A stretch of DNA of 26,745 nt from a virus (taxonomy: Duplodnaviria > Caudoviricetes), in the IMG/VR virus record IMGVR_UViG_3300030376_006298, positions 1 through 26,745 of that record; one strand, 5' to 3'. Positions 23,142 to 26,745 of the stretch are shown one piece after another. Within the stretch, counting starts at the first letter, position 1. The number at the start of each line of letters is the position of its first letter. The notes beneath the pieces were generated by a model, which saw only the letters and a program-made list of their open reading frames with translations, had not been told where the DNA came from and made no database searches. A program made the translations under genes and the position numbers.

Positions 23142-24740
23142 TCATCCCTGTAAAATCCAATGAGTTGTAGTTGTGCAATTGGTTAAGGTTCTTGGCATCA
23201 ATGTAGCCTCAACTGTAATTGCGCCCTTATCATCGGGAACAGTCCATGTGTTAGCACTTGTAAAGTAGTCATCGAAAGCAAGAGTAAATGATTCTCCACT
23301 ATCTTTAGTAAATACTAAATCAATAGATTCGGAAACATTATTATTTTCATCTTGGTTCAATAATTCTGTAAACAATTTATCATCAGTAACCATAGCAGTA
23401 ATAGCAATTTCATAAGTTCTTTGTGCAGGAAGGGCATCCTTTACTCTCTTATTACCTGCACCCAAAAATCTTTTATCTTGTAGATTGTTATTGATGGTTA
23501 ATGTAAAGTTTGTGATTTTCAAGAACTGTTGTCCATATACACTCATAGTTCCATCGGAAAAGAAAAACGGTTCTAAATGAGTAGCCTCGTCAGTAAAATT
23601 AAACAAACTTCTGTTGGTAGATTGTCCACCTCTTGACTCATATCCTGTGCTTGGTGAAGCCAATGATTGCGGGATTTCATTTACTGCTCTAGTGTTTAAA
23701 TCCAAAGTCATTTTAACTTCTTCATTTTCATTAGCAGTTAATGTCAAAGTATTAACTCTATTTCCTCTAGCGATTCTAACAAAGTTAATGTCTTCTGCAT
23801 CATTATCTTGGTCGGATTGAAAGTTATTTGCGACATCTTTCGTTAATGAATATTCAAGACCAAAGGAAGGTAGATGCTCACCATTAGTTTCTTCAAACTT
23901 GTATGTGATAAAGCCCCCTGTCGCCGGAACAGGAAAAGTAATGTCATCTAAATCTGATTCTGTATTATCAACAGTAAATAACAAAGGAGGAACAATATGA
24001 GTTGTTCCGCTTACAGTATTTGCTCGATAGATAAATGGCCCTTCGTCTACATGAGATGTTGCGCTCGTTCCGTGAAAATATAATCTATTATCTGTAGTTC
24101 CCGATTTAGAAGAACCCGTATGATAAGAAGCGGGATGATTACTTGAAGAAGTAGAAGCAGGAGTTAATTCGGTACACTTTCCTAAAGCATAATAAAGCCA
24201 TGTTACTTGATTACAAACTATTCCTAAATTACCACCACTAGCAGTTTCTATTCCTTTATACTGATGTGTAAAGTTTCTTGTGCCACCTAAAGATAAGTTG
24301 AGTTGTTTCATTTCAATTTCTGTATTTGGAAATGTTGCACTTTCTAAAAGTCCAAGCCAGTTATCGGCATGTAGTCTTGTTTTACCTGTTCCATCATTAT
24401 CGGAGTCGGGAGCAGGACATGGTGCGCCATATGCTTTTAACACAAACTCATCACCTGCCGCTACTGCTTCGGAAATTGCGGGAGATATAGTAAAAGTATC
24501 ATGGTCATTTCCAGTCACAATATGAGAAGAAGTATACTTACCACTATCGGAGGCATTGTAAAAATCAATTCTACAACCAATATACAAATTAGGAACTAAT
24601 TGGAAGTGCGCTAAATCCGCTTGAACAAGTTGAATTTCTGTCGTGCTTGACCCTTCTGCTTTAAAATAAAAATCTAATTCGGGAACTAAAGTCATAGTTG
24701 CCCCGCTACCTAAAAATATGCTACTGTTTTCTACTGCCAT
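23142..24740 (-). CDS. Major tail tube protein with extra domains
   Basis: RVNTLTL…VKMTLDL…FFFSDG…ITNFTLTINNNL…RTYEIAIT tube-like pattern, canonical position, and a strong RBS (GGAGAGATGA). Confidence 0.75.
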   Translation of the reverse strand: MAVENSSIFLGSGATMTLVPELDFYFKAEGSSTTEIQLVQADLAHFQLVPNLYIGCRIDFYNASDSGKYTSSHIVTGNDHDTFTISPAISEAVAAGDEFVLKAYGAPCPAPDSDNDGTGKTRLHADNWLGLLESATFPNTEIEMKQLNLSLGGTRNFTHQYKGIETASGGNLGIVCNQVTWLYYALGKCTELTPASTSSSNHPASYHTGSSKSGTTDNRLYFHGTSATSHVDEGPFIYRANTVSGTTHIVPPLLFTVDNTESDLDDITFPVPATGGFITYKFEETNGEHLPSFGLEYSLTKDVANNFQSDQDNDAEDINFVRIARGNRVNTLTLTANENEEVKMTLDLNTRAVNEIPQSLASPSTGYESRGGQSTNRSLFNFTDEATHLEPFFFSDGTMSVYGQQFLKITNFTLTINNNLQDKRFLGAGNKRVKDALPAQRTYEIAITAMVTDDKLFTELLNQDENNNVSESIDLVFTKDSGESFTLAFDDYFTSANTWTVPDDKGAITVEATLMPRTLTNCTTTTHWILQG

Positions 24741-24772
24741 GCTTTCATCTCTCCTTTCCTTTTACTTACTTA

Positions 24773-25282
24773 CTAAGGGAGTGCTAATGCGAATCGTTTT
24801 GTCTCTACTGTCAATTTATAACCGAATAACCTCTTTGACCTATCGTTACTTTCGCTTCTTGAACCTACAAATACTTGATGAAACTTAGAACCATCACTTG
24901 CAGTATACCCAGTACGACCTCGCTCAAGTGCATGACGGGCTATCAAGTATAAAGCCTTTAGCCTGTCTTTTCCAAAGGCGGCATCCGTACCTGCTCTTTC
25001 ATCATGTATGGTTCTTATATGCATTGTAAATGAATAAGTTTCATTTCTCACATCAAAAGTAGTGGTGGGATATTCTATGTTTTGGGAGTCTTCAAAGAAT
25101 ATAATTACATCTTTAGCAGTTAAATCATATCTAGCCCCTCTATTCTTATCTAATGTTCTAACATCAACAAAGTTAGGAGTTCCTGCATGGTCGGCAGTTA
25201 TTTTTCCTTCGCTAATTAATGTTGTAACAGAAGAACTCCACTTAGAAGAAACTAAATCTATTAACAAACTTACTTCATCCAT
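24773..25282 (-). CDS. Putative tail terminator/completion protein
   Basis: Size and position between the adaptor and tube genes. Confidence 0.5.
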   Translation of the reverse strand: MDEVSLLIDLVSSKWSSSVTTLISEGKITADHAGTPNFVDVRTLDKNRGARYDLTAKDVIIFFEDSQNIEYPTTTFDVRNETYSFTMHIRTIHDERAGTDAAFGKDRLKALYLIARHALERGRTGYTASDGSKFHQVFVGSRSESNDRSKRLFGYKLTVETKRFALALP

Positions 25283-25283
25283 A

Positions 25284-25490
25284 TTATCGCCTCAATGCTT
25301 TTTTGAAATCATCACTTATTTTTTGAGATAAAGCCCTACTAAAATTTTCTTCTGCATTTTTTATCATTTCTTTTTTGCTAAACGATACATCAATTCCTAA
25401 TACTTCCGATAATTCTTGCATAGCCTTTTGTCTTTCCATTTCTATTTCTAAAAATTTTTTAAAGAGACTAATTTCTTGCATAGAAATCAC
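25284..25490 (-). CDS. Hypothetical protein in the neck module
   Basis: Tightly packed ORF with a GTGA overlap with the upstream stop. Confidence 0.6.
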   Translation of the reverse strand: MISMQEISLFKKFLEIEMERQKAMQELSEVLGIDVSFSKKEMIKNAEENFSRALSQKISDDFKKALRR

Positions 25491-26605
25491 TCAAGTAAGT
25501 AAACTAAATCTCCTTTGCCCTTTAAAATATCATTTGCTTCTTTAGTTAATATATCATACTTCTCTTTAGTAGATATATTACCGCCAGTTTCAGCAATCAT
25601 AATAGTTTGGTCGTCGTGCCTTAATAATTCAGCAGCGACTAACATTGTTGTAGCCTTGTGTATAGCCGAAGGAACTCTTGAAGAACCCGCTACATAAGTT
25701 ATTATTATAGAATTTTGAGTATGATAAGGATAGTCTCTCAAGAAAAATATTCTTCCTTCATCTCCTATTTTCCAAAAACTTCCTAGCCTCTTCATATCTT
25801 GTTTATCTGTAAATGCTTCCGAAGTTGATTGTGAGTTTTCACCTGCTTTATCTGCTAAGGTAATAGTGCATCCCGAACCATCTTCTCCCGCTAACAAACT
25901 TGAAATGTTAATCTTATATCCATTATCGGGGTCAATAGAAGCATAAAAGAAATCACTTATACTTAGGCTGTTAGGGGAAGAAGTCCTTTCCTTCTCTCTA
26001 TTTGCTCCTGTAAATTGAGCAGTATTAGCAGGGAACTCTTCATTGATTAAATGGCAAATATCTCTTGCAGTCGTCTTTGCTCCAAATCTACTATCAAATG
26101 TATTATGTGCTGACATAGTACCTTCTCCATGATGAAACAAAGTAAATGTATCTCCACTATTAGGAAGTTGTAAAGTTATGCTTCTAAGTTTATGAAAATC
26201 ATCGGGATGTAGTGTTACGCTTGATTGAGCCGAAGCCAATTCCAAATAACTATTTCCTTGCCATACTTTAAGAGAAACTATCTTCTTTACTTTCATGGTA
26301 GTTAATTGTATAAAGCCAACATAGCCACCATAATAAGTTTGCATAGGGTGATTCATAAATTCAAAATTATGGTATTCATCTTCATGTATTATTGGTCTAT
26401 AAGAACGCTTAACTTTATCATCAATAATACCTTCTATTGTTTTTATTATAGAACCTACTTGTGCTTGAGAAGGATAAGTAGAACTACTAAAAGCAGGAAC
26501 TTGTAGCATATCCGAGACTGCATCTTTGTCTGTATAGTAGCCTTTACCCGTTGAATAATCAACATCAATAGAAGTGTAGTCGCTTGGGGAGGATGCTATT
26601 GCCAT
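25487..26605 (-). CDS. Head-tail adaptor/connector-like protein
   Basis: N-terminal YTDKDAV and C-terminal ITYVAG…VPSAIHKATTMLVAAELL typical of adaptors, with a large central insertion. Probable ATG at 26605. Confidence 0.7.
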   Translation of the reverse strand: MAIASSPSDYTSIDVDYSTGKGYYTDKDAVSDMLQVPAFSSSTYPSQAQVGSIIKTIEGIIDDKVKRSYRPIIHEDEYHNFEFMNHPMQTYYGGYVGFIQLTTMKVKKIVSLKVWQGNSYLELASAQSSVTLHPDDFHKLRSITLQLPNSGDTFTLFHHGEGTMSAHNTFDSRFGAKTTARDICHLINEEFPANTAQFTGANREKERTSSPNSLSISDFFYASIDPDNGYKINISSLLAGEDGSGCTITLADKAGENSQSTSEAFTDKQDMKRLGSFWKIGDEGRIFFLRDYPYHTQNSIIITYVAGSSRVPSAIHKATTMLVAAELLRHDDQTIMIAETGGNISTKEKYDILTKEANDILKGKGDLVYLLE

Positions 26606-26606
26606 G

Positions 26607-26745
26607 TCATGCACTTCCTATGTTCTTTAATGTGTTAAACCTTCTTTTAAGGGTATTGACTAAACTACTTGCTTTTTGCATTTCTAAGTAATGTGTTTTT
26701 CCTTCACGCTTTACTTCAACAACATCTTTAGCATAACTCCTACCA
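26607..26745 (-). CDS. 3' end of an upstream gene (…GRSYAKDVVEVKREGKTHYLEMQKASSLVNTLKRRFNTLKNIGSA*)
   Basis: Open frame from the window edge to TGA at 26609-26607. Confidence 0.6.
   Translation of the reverse strand, partial: GRSYAKDVVEVKREGKTHYLEMQKASSLVNTLKRRFNTLKNIGSA

Noticed and set aside
8781-26506. Plus-strand ORFs in the structural module (e.g. 9123-9506, 9982-10374, 15144-15488, 18405-18863, 19747-20271, 21905-22297)
   Set aside because: They are antisense to long tail genes, and their Val/Leu/Ser-rich composition is what antisense reading of those genes gives.
1-26745. Possible depletion of TCAGA/TCTGA-type pentamers, and tRNA genes
   Set aside because: TCTGA does occur (e.g. near 2397, 7187 and 23953), so depletion cannot be judged by eye. 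No intergenic space shows a tRNA-like cloverleaf.

Overview
This is an AT-rich, gene-dense segment of a tailed dsDNA virus genome, most likely an archaeal Caudoviricetes virus. Archaeal-type replication proteins and GGTGA/GGAGG ribosome-binding sites are consistent with magrovirus-like viruses of Marine Group II Euryarchaeota, but the host assignment is inference. Two modules converge on a hairpin/T-tract terminator at about 7.1 kb. The plus strand (1-7104) is a replication module. It holds a stand-alone C-terminal half of a family B DNA polymerase (motif C reads YGHTDS, with a zinc-finger insert and a PIP box), a Cas4/AddB-like Fe-S nuclease, a fused PriS-PriL primase, an ERCC4/XPF nuclease, an N-terminally reduced MCM-like helicase, a DEDD exonuclease and a small TFS-like zinc ribbon missing from the ORF track. 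The minus strand (26745 to 7203) is a siphovirus-type head-tail/tail module. It holds an adaptor, a tail terminator, the tail tube, tail assembly chaperones with a -1 frameshift site, a tape measure protein, a Dit-like protein, a LamG protein, a 2830-aa tail protein, fibre/adhesin genes and a SAM-dependent methyltransferase. The most notable points are the split His-substituted PolB, the TFS-like ribbon lacking the catalytic acidic dyad, the A-AAA-AAC frameshift, and the apparent total absence of GATC, AGCT and ACGT. All product calls come from motif recognition by eye; no database searches were run.
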